A stretch of DNA of 63,328 nt, filler included, from Bonamia ostreae (GCA_040357525.1; 20 parts of 20 records of this genome joined end to end with filler, not necessarily neighbours in it); one strand, 5' to 3'; positions 26,222 to 38,949 are shown, counted from the whole stretch's first letter. Notes: generated by a model not told the origin, from the sequence alone. Made by a program: numbers and translations.

Positions 26222-26595
26222 TCCTGAATAATTTTTCTGATGAGATTAAATGTATCTGTTGGGGAATATATCGGATGAGAATAATTTCTACGTGCCAAAA
26301 AAATTATTTCTAAAGTTTTACATGCCATATAAATAATATTCACTAATATAATAAATAAGTAAATATTCAATAATATAATAAATAAGTAAATATTCAATAA
26401 TAAATATTCAAGAAAATTAATAATATTCAATAATAAATAATATTTAATTATTATAAACAATAATAAATTATAATATTAATTATAAATAATATTAAAATAA
26501 TAAATAATTTTCGGAGACATTGCCTTTATTATGAATAATATTTTTATGAATGACATTTTGCGATAACATAAAGAATGAAAGAAGAGCATATCAAT

Positions 26596-28635
26596 TTATA
26601 AACGACCACGCTGATGCAACCCTCTTACCCCTCTTATTATCTTTCGAGATTTCTTCTCTCCATTCGTGTTACTGAAACTAGACTCAAAATCGTCTCCTAT
26701 TGTCACCGAAGGCTTAAATGCGTCGATCTCTTCTTCTTTTTTGCTGTTGCCAAACATTTTGTTTCCTCCAAATTTGTCGCTGTTGACTGCTTTTAATTAT
26801 TTTTAGAATTACCAAAGATATTTCTTTTGTCGCCAATGTTGGAAGCACTTTTATTAAAATTCGACCCGAAAATGTCGTTTTCTGTGTTGTTCGCGCTGAT
26901 GTTATTGTTGTTTCCAGTGCTATTGCTTGTACCAAAAGGATTGTGATCGCCAAAATTTCCGAAACTGCTTTGATTGAAATTTGGTTTGTTGTTTCCTAAA
27001 TTGCCAAAAAGACTTTTGTTCTCACCGCTCTTAAAAGCGTTTCCAAAAGTACTCTCATTTTTGTTAATTCCGAAAGTAATTTCATTTTTGTTATTTCCGA
27101 AAGTAATCTCATTTTTGTTGTTACCGAAAGTGCTTTCATTTTTATTGTTATCGAAAGCACTTCCAGAACTAAAAGTACTATCGTTTTTGTTGTTTCCGAA
27201 AGTGCTTCCTGAACCAAAAATACTTTCATTTTTATTGTTTCCGAAAGTACTTTCATTTTTATTGTTTCCAAAAGCACTTTCAATTTTGTTGTTCCCGAAG
27301 GTACTTCCAGAACCAAAAGCATTTTCATTTTTGTTGTTACCGAAAGTATTTGAAAAAATTTGGTTATTGCTACCAACTCCAAAACTATTTTTTGTCTTCT
27401 TATTGTTATCAGTTCCAAAAGTACTTTCCATTTTATTGTTACCGGTGTCAAAAGTATTTCCGAAAAGTTTGTTATTTTTGTCGATTCCAATAGTACTTTC
27501 CATTTTATTATTTTTATCGATCCCAAAAGTACTTTCTGTTTTGTTGTTATTAGAAAACAATCCAAAATTTTGATTATTGTTTCCAATTCCAAAAGTGCTT
27601 TCCGTTTTACTATTGCCATCGCCAAATAATAATTTGTTGTTCCTGTTTTTTAAATTAGGAAAAATTTAGTCAAAAAATATTTACAAATTTTAAACTTTTT
27701 ATGGGTATCCTCGTCTGTGGTGCCAAAAAAATCTGCCGCTGATTTGTCGCTCTTCTTTTTTTCTCCAAAAATGTCTAAATTTTAAATTTCAAAAAACTAT
27801 TTGAACTTGAAGCTTCATTTTTGGTATTCCCAAAAATGTCTAAATTTTTATTTTGACTAATTTCGTTTTTAGCTTTTTCTTCTTTTTTAGTTTTCAATCC
27901 ACCAAAAATATCAATTTCACCTTTTTTGGAATCAAAAATTTTATTCGTTTCGGCTAAATTTTTGGAATCACCAAAGACAAATGGAGCATTCTGCAGTGAA
28001 CTGTTTGATTTAGAGTCGTCGTCCATTATACTAATTTCGTTCGTTTCAGAATCTTTTTTGGCTAAATTTTCGTCATTTTTTTGTTTCGTCAAATTTTCAT
28101 CATTTTTTGGTTTTGCTAAATTTTCATTAATATTTGATTTGACCGATTTTTCGTCATTTTTTGGTTTGGCCAAATTTTCATCATTTTTTGGTTTGGCTAA
28201 ATTTTCATTAATATTTGTTTTAATTTCATTCCCAAATAAATCACGGGTCGTTTCTGCTTTGCTGAAATTAAATTTGGCTAAATTTTGGGAACTCAAATTT
28301 TCTGAAAACAAAATATTTTTAGAATTCGTTTCTTCGTTTTTTGTAAGTTTATTGCTAAAATCGAAAATCGAATTTTCCGTTTTGTTTTCGGTTTTTGGCG
28401 ATTTTCCTAAATTTTCGGCTAAATTTTTATATTGAAATAACGATTTTTGTTCTTTTTATTTTTAATCTTCTTTTTTGACTTTTTGTCTTTTTTAAGAGGT
28501 TTTCCTTTTGTTGTTTTTCCTTTATTTGTCTCTAAAATTTAGTTTTTACAAACTTTTGTTTTTGACTTTTTGCGGCTCTGTCGATGAACTTTCGATCGAA
28601 GATGATGTTTCTATAGATTTGAGGAGATCTATAAT
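26596..28635 (-). CDS. FG-repeat nucleoporin, Nup153/Nup1-like, 5' partial
   Basis: Many (S/I)TFGNNKNE repeats. After a 23-nt intron it ends in a basic tail SRKIIRGVRGLHQRGRL*, like the RKI..VR tails of Nup153/Nup1. Confidence 0.7.
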
Positions 28636-28735
28636 NNNNNNNNNNNNNNNNNNNNNNNNNNNNNNNNNNNNNNNNNNNNTTAATTAATTAANNNNNNNNN
28701 NNNNNNNNNNNNNNNNNNNNNNNNNNNNNNNNNNN

Positions 28736-28920
28736 TGAAAATTTAATAAAAATATTTGTTTCAAAATTGAAAATTTAATAAAAATATTTGCGCAAAATTG
28801 AAAATTTAATAAAAATATTTGTTTCAAAATTGAAAATTTAATAAAAAAATTTGTTTCAAAATTGAAAATTTAATAAAAATATTTGTTTCAAAATTGAAAA
28901 ACTAATATAAAAAATTTGTT
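28736..28920. repeat. Intronic tandem repeat, about 32-bp unit
   Basis: AAAATTGAAAATTTAATAAAAATATTTGTTTC repeated about 6 times. Confidence 0.9.
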
Positions 28921-28926
28921 CGAAAG

Positions 28927-29104
28927 GAACATATGTTTATCTGAGAGATGCCTTTTACAGACCATCCGAAACACCTCTTCCATATCCGACTTTTTTTCAA
29001 GATCCTTAGTTTAATTAAATTATAAAATTAGTGAAGTTCACCCGGCGACACAAGATTCTGATTTGTGCAAAGAAAACCCTCTTCTAAAATACAATGATAA
29101 ATAA
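28927..29104 (+). CDS. MRPL3: Mitochondrial ribosomal protein uL3m, C-terminal exons
   Basis: GTYVYLRDAFYRPSETPLPYPTFF resembles the uL3m C-terminus (V.I.DA....LPFPTF). A 23-nt intron precedes the last exon and stop. Confidence 0.6.
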
Positions 29105-29567
29105 CAATTCCATTTTTCACACAATTATAAAAATTGACATTCCAATCTTTACAAAAACTAATTTTTCCGCGTTATAAAATTTTCTTCAAGTTGTTTATTC
29201 TATTATCTAAACACAATCGTCAATTTCTCGATCAAAATGATTGAAATATTTATGATTTTTAAATTATTCCGCGACGATTTTTAAAAACAAAATTTTATAA
29301 AAACAAAGAATTCTTGTAATTTTTCCAATTTTCGATTAAATAAAATTTTTATTACATTTTTTGATTTTAAATTATTTAAAATTTTTCAATTAAATTACAT
29401 TTTTGGAGCACAAATTTTATAACAAAGTTCAATGATGTTTTTCATTGATTCGTATTATTGTGCCAAGCCATTTTTGAAACTCAATAATTAAAAAAATTCA
29501 GTTATAAAAAATCTGTCATTTTTGTTGTAAATATTAATAAAAATTATACAAAAATGTAACAAAGATT

Positions 29568-31678
29568 TCAAAAGTTGTGCCGTGGCTTCAAAGATTCTTT
29601 GAACAGCTTCGAAAGATCCGTCCTCAAAATCCTTTTTTCGTTTTTCTTTCTTACCGGCGGCGGCAACATCGCATGATCTTCGCTGTGCAAAGCGACATTG
29701 TATTCAAATCCTTGGAACCGTTGTTGAGCTCCGCTATCTAAAAACCCGCTATTTCCTCTTTTCTGGTTATCTTTGTGAAAAATGTTTTTGTCGACCATTG
29801 TGGTCCCGCGTTTTTCTTCCCGGGGCACAAAAGGAGGTTTTAATTTGCGGGATCGAATAGATTCCCAATCGATTGAGCGTAACCAAGGATGCTCTTTTAA
29901 TTCTTTTACGCCATTTGGACCACAACCGATTCGGTTTTTAGGTCTAAACTGCAACATCTTAAATTGTCGAAAATTTTAATTTTGAAAAAATGTTTTTTGG
30001 TAAATCAAGCAAACTCGATTTAAGAGATTTCTGACAGAATCAGAAGAAGGAATGAAATCGGGAAAATTAAGTTCGATATTTTTTTGATGGCAGTTTATCA
30101 TATTTTCGTCTGATTTATAAGGGCGCTTTTGATAAGAATTTTAAAGATTTTGGCCCAATTTGCGAAAAATTTAATGTTTTAAAATTAGAAAATTAGAAAA
30201 TTAGGAAAATGGAAAACAAAAAATTTTTAAAAATTTGAACTTTTCTAAATATCATTTCGAATAAACAGACGCCCATGCTCCAAATATCAACAGAAAAACG
30301 ATAAGTTTGTTTGTTGATCATTTCCGGGGCTTTTTAGTTAAATTTGCCAAACCGTTATAAGAATCAGTTCCGGCTACGTTTTTCAAGACTTCATTCTCTT
30401 TTTTAAATTGATAAGACAATCCAAAATCGCAAAGTCTCATGTTCCCATCTGCGTCTAATAACATGTTTCTGGGCTATTTTCATCATTAAAATAAAGTTTT
30501 TATTATCAGAAATTAAGTTTTTACTTGTTATTTTTGTAAATTAATGAATTTTCATTTTTTGTAAATTAGGTTTTTCGTTTTTAACGCAATTTATTGCTTT
30601 TATTGTTTTTGTAGTTTTTTTTTCGTTTTTTATTTGGAAGATATTTTTTATTTTTTCGACATACCGACAAAGATGAAATGGAAAGTGAAGAGATTTGATA
30701 ATATCTTTGTTGACTAAAAAAATCAAATCTCTCCACTTTATATTTCTACCTTTTTCGGTATGTCGACGTTTAGTTTTCGAAGATATGTCTTTTTAGCAAT
30801 TAGAAGATAAAATTGAAAGTGGTAAAATTGGAATTTTGTTTTAACGCAATGATTAAAAATTTTTGTGATTTTTCGAAACGAATTTTCATTTTTTTTTGTG
30901 TTTTTATAGTTTTGCTATTAATATTGTTTGTAACAATATTTTGTTGTTATTTTACAAATTATTTTAAAGATGATAATTTAGTTTATAAAGAATGAACCTT
31001 AATATCCTTTTTTATTAATAAAATTAAAAAATTGAAAATTACTCTGTGGACAATGTTTTTTTCGTGAAGACATTCAACTGCCAGATATAACTGCGCAAAA
31101 TAAAATCTAACTTGGCTTTCGCTTAAATAATAATGGGATCTTGAATAATGTGTTATATCACTGCCTTTACATTTTTTTGTCAAATTGGATTTATTTTTAG
31201 AAATAATAATTTTGTTAATTTGCAAGAACAAAAAATGACAAACAGATTAAACATTAAAAAATAAATTGTGCAAACCTGGCATAAAAGGAACGACCATGTA
31301 ACATTCATAAAATGTTTGGAAAGAACAAATTAAAGGCAACAAAAAATCATTTTTCGTAGAACACATAATATCCCTCTCCGTCCAAACAGATTTACTAAAT
31401 GTTTTTGATTTTGCTATCTACAAAAATTATAAAATATTAAAGTTTTGGAGGTTTTAAAACTCTTGTTTTGTCCATTACTTTAATGGCCACGACATCACCA
31501 GTAATCCTATTCACAGCTTGAAAAACTTTTGCAAATCCTCCCGATCCAATAATTGCAACTAATTTGAAATGTGACAAATCGACTATTTTTAGACAAGAAA
31601 ACCTTGATACGGATTTATTTGTTTAGAGCATATCCAAAATTCATTTTTCTTAGTATAAAATGGTTGGCAATTCCCCAT
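29568..31678 (-). CDS. AGC-group Ser/Thr protein kinase (STK32/YANK-like), possibly N-myristoylated
   Basis: MGNC start, IGSGGFAKV, VAIKVM, HR/DIK/PRNMLLD (split across a microexon), CDFGLS, APEM, DIWSMG and AGC tail LKEHPWLRSIDW...KPPFVP...FQGFEY. Confidence 0.9.
30656..30766 (-). other. Long imperfect inverted repeat (hairpin) inside kinase intron 30474-30997
   Basis: Arms TCGACATACCGACAAAGATGAAATGGAAAGTGAAGAGATTTGAT and ATCAAATCTCTCCACTTTATATTTCTACCTTTTTCGGTATGTCGA pair over about 45 bp around a loop of about 21 nt. Confidence 0.85.
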
Positions 31679-32621
31679 TAGCATAAGCTGCTATCTGATT
31701 AAAATTTAGCTTTTGTCTTCAATTTTAAAGCTTGTATTAATGTTGTATTATATGTAAAAAGATTATAATTTTTTTTTGTTTTTGTTATAGATTTTAANNN
31801 NNNNNNNNNNNNNNNNNNNNNNNNNNNNNNNNNNNNNNNNNTTAATTAATTAANNNNNNNNNNNNNNNNNNNNNNNNNNNNNNNNNNNNNNNNNNNNTTT
31901 GTTAAATTTTGTTGTTTTGCCATATTTTACTACAATTTAAACTTCGACAAATCTAAAATAACATCAAATAATCGTCGGATTGCATATTTAGAACATAAGT
32001 TTCCTTAAAATCGCCCGAAAACCATATTTCTGTCGTAGAAGGACTTTTATTCTCTTCTCGATAAAGATTATTTTTATTTGAGTAATCTTAAATCTTTAAA
32101 AAAAACTTTCAAATTCTAATTTCTTTAAATTTTATATAAAAAACAAAGTGTCGATAGAAACTATCTTTTATCGACTGTGAGACAGTCTTCCGATTTCCTA
32201 GAACATTATTTCTAATATCTTTATTGTTTACATAAAGTCCTGTGTGCACATAGTTCGGTATTCTTAACAAATTGTAAATTTCATCAACAAAGAAAACTAA
32301 AGTTCCGAAGATCTTTAAATGTAAAAATTAGCAAACCAAACACGACAAAAACATTATTTTTATATAAGAAGCCATTTTGGATAAATATTAAAAAAATCGT
32401 TTTTTAAAGCCGTTCATATATTTTTAAGTCCGTTTTCAGTTTGTTTTGCTATTTATATTAAACCATTCGGATAAAAAATTTGGAGTTGCTTACCCTCTCA
32501 ACGGACTTTTCCCGTTAAGTAATTTATGAAAATTGCAAAAATAAACGATAAAATTTTAAAAATTGCAAAAATAAATCGCAAATTTAACAATAATTTTAAA
32601 ATTTGCCGAAAGATTGCTTAA

Positions 32622-34610
32622 ATGGACAAAAAATGGGATCTTTTAAAAAATCTTTCAAAAGATTTGCAAAAAGACAAAACAAAATTTGGAAATTTAGTTC
32701 AAAACCAAAATTCGATTTGGGATGGCAAAAACTTTGCAAAACATTGCGATGTTTTGATGTTGTTCATAAAAGGTTGCAACATTAACAAATTAGAAAATTT
32801 TGAAAATTATAACAAAATTTACTTTCTCATTGTTTTGTTAAAAATTGTTCGAAAATTGCAAAAAAATATCGAAAAATCATCAAAAATCACAAAAAAAGAA
32901 GAAAAATCGACAAAAATAAAAATTGACGATTTTTTATATAAAGTTAAAACAAAATTGTTTAAAGACGAATTGGAAAAATTTTTTGTCTTCAAAAATTATA
33001 AAATTGGCCATTCATTCGAAGATTTATTAAAAATTTTATCCGCTTGCGACAATTCATTTTTTGATCATTCAATTTTTATAAAATCTTTTGACAATTACAA
33101 AACCGATTTTGTTTTTAAAAAAGGTTTTGGTCATTTTTATTCTGAAATTTTAAAACAAAAAAATTCTGAAAGAAATATATGAAATTATCGAAGAAATAAT
33201 TTGTAACCAATTTTCAAACATTTTTTCGACGAACAAAACGCTAAATTTTAGCCAAATTTTAGAAAAATCGACAAAATTTGTTAAAATTTGCAATTTTAAA
33301 AATAGATTGAATATTTTGATAACTTTTGTTTGAACGCAAACAATGAAATTTTTATAGAAAAATTATCGAAAAGTTTTCTAAAAAAGATTTTAAATTGGTT
33401 CCAATTTTGCTTTTGCCCAAAAACGTTAAAATTTGGCCAAATTTCCAAAATTGTTTTATGGATTGAGCTTAATATTATTAATAAAAAATTTTGTCAAAAA
33501 AAAATTAATTTTGAAGCGATTATTTTTTATCAGAAAAATCTTTTTTTAGCTTTTTTGGATAAATTTAAAGTTTTTTGGCTAATTTTTTGTTTCAGTTAAA
33601 TTTTTGTTCTCGTCAATTTTTTTACAAATTTTGTCAAGTTTGAAACTGTAAAAACTATAAAAACGAATATGAAACAATTTGAAGAAAAAAAATTAAACTT
33701 TTTCTTTGTGCTAATAAACAAAGTTTTTTATATTTAAAATAGTGTGAAAAATTGGAAAAGCTAAAATTTATCAAAATTTATTCGAACTATAAAAACGAAA
33801 TAAATAATTTGTTAATTTTCGTATTTAACGCTTTTTTGCAATTTTACGACGAAAAGTTTTTTTTATAAAAATTAGTCAACTTAAAAATTCAGCCAAAATT
33901 AATCTCCGAAGATTAAATTTTTTATATGAAATTTATTGTTCTCTTGACGATCTCGCCATTCAAATACGAAAAAAATGTCAATTTGGAAATTTTAGTTTAG
34001 AAATAATGTTTTTCAAAAATTTTCAAAAATTCAATTTTAAAATTATTAGAAAAAAATTAAAAATTATAAAAATTTAAATTTGGACAAAAGTGAAACGAAT
34101 TTGCTTAAAACAATGAAAAATTTGGTCAAATTAATCGCAGAGCAAATAGCTCAAAATTTTGAAAGAAATTTTAAAAATTCGAAAAAAATATTCAAAAAAA
34201 ATGGACAAATTCCAAAAATTAGTTCCCGCTTATTTTAGCGACAAATTGGTTTTTTACTAATTTTTGCAAATTAAAAATTTTAAAAAAGAAAAAATATGTC
34301 GTTTTTGAAATATTGGATTTGATGATATTAAATGCTCTAAAATTTAGCTCAAACAGATCTTTAGAAGATTATAATAAATTGATTAGCAAAATTCCGAAAG
34401 ATTTGATTGATATTTTTCACTGTCAAAAAAATCGAAAAATCGAATTTAAATGTGAAAAAATCAAATATTTTCTGTTTTTAAATTAATATTTTGAAAATTA
34501 GTAATTTGGGGGAAAGAGACAACGAAAAAGAACTAAAACTTCTTTTCGAATCAAAACACAAAATATTTAAAAACAAAATCGATATTTTAATCCAAAAATT
34601 GAAAAATTAA
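32622..34610 (+). CDS. Hypothetical K/N/F-rich multi-exon protein
   Basis: ORFs 32622-33182 and 33330-33599 plus later coding-like segments separated by short introns. No motif recognised; end approximate. Confidence 0.35.
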
Positions 34611-34639
34611 AATTTTTTATAATTTGAAATTGAATGATA

Positions 34640-34932
34640 TTATTTAGTTCTGTCCAAATTAAATTTAGCCACAGAAATTAAAGCGTCTCTAAATTCAGAA
34701 AGCGGAAATCTCAAAGCGTTTTCAACAGCTTTTAACGCAAAAGATTTGGCCAAATCTCTTGATTGGCTGATCGCTTTTCCATTTTTTAGATTTTCTGCAA
34801 CTTTTTCGATATCGCCGTTGAGAGAAAAGTTTCTTCGCGCTATTTCCCTTATTTCTTTAAATTCGTTTGCCGCGTAAAGAACTGGCGCAGTTAACAGTCC
34901 TCCCTTTAAATCTGCGTTTTTAGGTTTTCCTG
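34640..34932 (-). CDS. COQ1: Trans-polyprenyl diphosphate synthase (COQ1/PDSS1-like), last exon
   Basis: GKPKNADLKGGLLTAPVLYA...SRDLAKSFALKAVE...SEFRDALISVAKFNLDRTK*. Confidence 0.8.
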
Positions 34933-36724
34933 TTTTTATTAAATTTTTATTTTCGACCNNNNNNNNNNNNNNNNNNNNNNNNNNNNNNNNNNNNNNNNNN
35001 NNTTAATTAATTAANNNNNNNNNNNNNNNNNNNNNNNNNNNNNNNNNNNNNNNNNNNNTTATAAGAAGCCCTGTAATTAGAAATATTGTACCATTACATT
35101 TTTTATATTTTTTTACTGACTATTTCTGAAAATGCAAAAATATTGAGGAATGCTCGATCCGACTTAGAAAAAGAACAGTAATACTTTTTAAAAAGCCATT
35201 GTACTCCTTTTATCAATATAAAAAAATTTAAAATGCAATTTTTGTTGCTAAGCAGAATTTCTGGTGCTTTTTAGAGGCAGTTCTAAATTTAAGTCTGAGT
35301 TGAGGTGGTCTTTTTCTAGAGGTGTTCTTAAATCATGAGGTTCTACAATATTTGCTGAATAATCGTTTTCTTTGCTTTGGAAAGATTATGTTTATTTTTT
35401 GAATGTCGTTAAATCTTACAGATAATAAAAATTCAAAAATTATTAACTTTGACAAAATTTAACGAATTTTAAGAAATTTGGGAAATCGCTAATTTTGGAA
35501 TCTTGTAAATTTAAATATTAGACTAAAAAATCTTTAACACAGTGATTTTTTTTTATATTTTAAGAGTTGAGTTCTAAAGACGCGAAGATTGTATTTTTAA
35601 AATTAAAATTTTTATAAAATCATAACTTTTCTCTCACTCGATTAAAGTCTTTGCGATCCCAATCAATCAGAATTTAACTCTGCAAACTCCAAGTAGCAAA
35701 ACAGGATAGTTTTCTGTCACACTACAAACCCTGTTCTACGAAAACGCGGAAACGATCGTTAAAATCGCATATATAGCAAGGCATCTTTAAAGGTTCAATA
35801 TTTATATCCCATCTTAAGAAAACATATAAACGATCTTAAGAACTAATAAAAACGATCTAAAAAAGCTAGAAGAAAACAAGTATTTTAACACAAAAGAGGA
35901 ACTGATCAGTTGCATCAAAAATGTTTTGATGAGAATTCTTCAAATGCAGATAACAAAGCTAATTGAATTAATTAAAACAAAGGCAAAACATTCTTCGACG
36001 GTTATTGATATTTTTAAAACTATAAAAGAGTTTGAGCGGAATTACTCTGAAGCTGGTTTGATTTCACTTTTGGTTGAAGAGCCATTTGTCAGCGAGAGAA
36101 GACCGCTTGAAGGATTTATTTGTATTGTTTTTATTTTAAATATTTAAATTATTTGTTTTCGTAGACCAATTATAATATCTGTTGGATATTTTGCTTGATC
36201 GATTTTTTTTTGTTATTAAACATGTTTGGATATTTAGGAAATATTTTTAATTTTTAACGTCCGTTAGATATAAAAAGCAAACAGAAAAATATAAAAAGCA
36301 AAATCTAAAAAAATATAAATGCAAAAAATATCAAAAATTGCTTTTAAATCTAAAAAAGCGGAGCTAACTAAAATCAGTTTGCTGTTTAAAAAATTTGTAA
36401 AAGCAATTAAAGGATTTACCTATGAATTAATTATAATGAAAAATTGATTTTATAGAGAAGTTACTTTATGAGAATTTGAGAGACTAGATTTTCAAATCAA
36501 CAGGGATTTTAACAATTTGTCCATTTCACGATTTATCTTTTGGGGTCGAGACAACGTTATGTTTTCAAAGATTTTCCTTTTCTTATTTCGTATCCAATAC
36601 AAAAAACGAAACTCTATCTTTATAATCATATCAATATAAGCTGGAATAAAGTTAGAAATTATAGAATTATGACATTTATTCAAAATAACACATTAAAATA
36701 CGAATATAAAAATTTTAAATAAAA

Positions 36725-36852
36725 ATGTCTCGACATGGGGCAGAAGTCTTCCCAATGCAGTGACTAATTGCACGGGTGAGGATCGAACTGACGAATTTTA
36801 TACTTACATGAGGCAAACTAAAGCGACTACCATCTGAGCCATGTCGAGACAT
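36725..36852 (-). ncRNA. Candidate Pol III small RNA or tRNA-derived element with terminal fold-back stem
   Basis: Perfect 14-bp terminal IR (ATGTCTCGACATGG/CCATGTCGAGACAT). On the minus strand: A-box TGGCTCAGATGG (36830-36841), B-box GTTCGATCC (36780-36788) and TTTTT at the 3' end of the stem. Confidence 0.55.
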
Positions 36853-37009
36853 CTAATCTGAAAATTTTTAAAATAAATGAATTTATTTAATCATGAATAT
36901 TTTGTATTGGAAACAGAGATAAATATTGTTATCACATGATTTTGTTATTATATCGTTACCAATTGTCACAATATCTAACATATAAATCTTATTAAAGGAA
37001 AAAAACTGG

Positions 37010-37896
37010 TTAACAATTTAAAATTTTAAATCTTATTCTTTTCTCATTTAGTATCTCCTCTAATTCAAAAATCCTTTTAAATTCGTTGTAACAATTTAAA
37101 ATAAACTTTGAGCAATTTCTTTTATTCAAAAGCGAAAATTCTACTTCTTCTAAAGATTTATTTATTTTTAAAGATGATACAAGCGAATCCAACAAACCGT
37201 CAAAATCCTTTATAAAGATCCACAATTGTAGCCATTTTAATGTATCTGATTCCTTGATTAATCTGAAAATATTCTTTTATTTGATTAAATATGAATAATT
37301 TATTTTAAAGGTAAAATCAAAAAACTGCTGAATTTAATCATCATAGATTTTGCAAAATAATATTTTAATCACAAAAGTTAAGTCAAAAATACAAATTTTT
37401 ATATTTTAAATAAAACCTTCCACCCCTCTAAACCAATACTTCTATCCTTATGAATTCTTAATTTCTCAAGTTTCAATTTTTTTAAATGAAAGAATATTTT
37501 TTCCGTTCCTTCAAAACCAATTTTGGTTCTTAAAAGTTCGAAACATTCCAAATTTGTGAAAATTTTAAAAAATTTGTCCCAATTTGTAAAGTTGTTAACT
37601 GTGATTATTGTAACCTTTCTGATCAATTTTAAAAAAGGTTTTTTGTCACAATTTTCATATTCATCCAAAAATTTTTTCATTGAGTTTTCTGATGAAAAAA
37701 TAAGTCTGTCTTCAACTCCTTTCATACTATCATTAGAACATCTTTCTTTTATAATCGACTTTATTATTAAAATTTTTATTACCAATAGTCTTTTGTCACT
37801 CCAAGTTATCCACCCCTTTGCCAATTTTGGATGATCAATATTTTCAAAATTTTTGTAAATTTGTTTTATCTCACTCAAAATATTCTTCTCTAACAC
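37010..37896 (-). CDS. RNI-like leucine-rich repeat protein, partial
   Basis: NLECFELLRTKIGFEGTEKIFFHLKKLKLEKLRI..SIGLEGWK and SLKINKSLEEVEFS fit the RI-like LRR pattern. Confidence 0.55.
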
Positions 37897-38949
37897 TGAG
37901 AATATCGATTCATTTATAAATATTTTGTTTTTTTCGAATACTTTCTTAATTAACCTGATCTTTATATTGATGATGATATGTAGATTATTTAAAAATGTAA
38001 AAATGCAATTAAAAAACTCTGTTTAAAAAAATTGCTTTTGTATCTTCGATCCATTCCTTTTCCGTGTCAATATTTTTTTTAATCTGGTTAAAACAATTTT
38101 TGTCGACCATTTTTTCNNNNNNNNNNNNNNNNNNNNNNNNNNNNNNNNNNNNNNNNNNNNTTAATTAATTAANNNNNNNNNNNNNNNNNNNNNNNNNNNN
38201 NNNNNNNNNNNNNNNNAAAGTCGTAAATCATCTAAGCAAAATACATCCATTATCTGTACAAAAAAGAGAAGATTAGTGATACAGTTAATTTGCGATTTTG
38301 TTTACTATATAATTCCAGAAGAGTTAATCAATGCTGGACATCATCGCAAATGATTAACACATCTAATGCACGACCCTTATGAAGGCAATGTTTAGTAAGT
38401 AAGCAAATTCAAGTTTTAAACACCAGTCCCGGATTGTTTTAAAGCTTGTTTAATATTCACAATTCCCAAAATCAACAAAGAAATTCGTGAGTACTAATTT
38501 TTGTAAGATAGACATGTTTTCTGATTACAAAATAACAATATATCAACTAATCAAATACCCGAATTCTCAAAGACAATGGTTTCTTCATGGTGAAAAAAAA
38601 TCATTCTATTTTTGAACTATAGAAGAGTGTTTTACACAACACATAAAGCTGAGAACACAGTTAATGCAAGATACTGTATTTTTTGGTAATTCATATTTTT
38701 TTCTGAAGACCCCCCCCCCCCAATCGTCTAGACGCACAGCACATCCTGATGACCGTTTTAAATTGATCAGTTTCAGCGCGTTTATCACATACATCCTAAA
38801 CAAAATGCTCTCAATGGCTCAATTTATTCTTAAATATAATGTGACTATAGTTTTGATTCCAATCGATGAAACTACATAAAGTATAATCGACTTCGGTCCA
38901 AATGTGACACTGATCAATATGGCAGTGATGCTGAAGCACCCTCTAAAAC

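Noticed and set aside
26974-27629. Long plus-strand and alternate-frame ORFs (LLFPKVLSF repeats)
   Set aside because: Antisense and off-frame shadows of the FG-repeat nucleoporin.
36767-36811. U1 snRNA (ATACTTACATG and ATTGCAC on the plus strand)
   Set aside because: The motifs are in the wrong order, with ATTGCAC upstream of the 5'-end-like motif, and no U1 stem-loop pattern follows.
36760-36850. Canonical tRNA-Met gene
   Set aside because: The acceptor stem does not pair, and the D and anticodon stems are defective. Kept instead as a tRNA-derived element.
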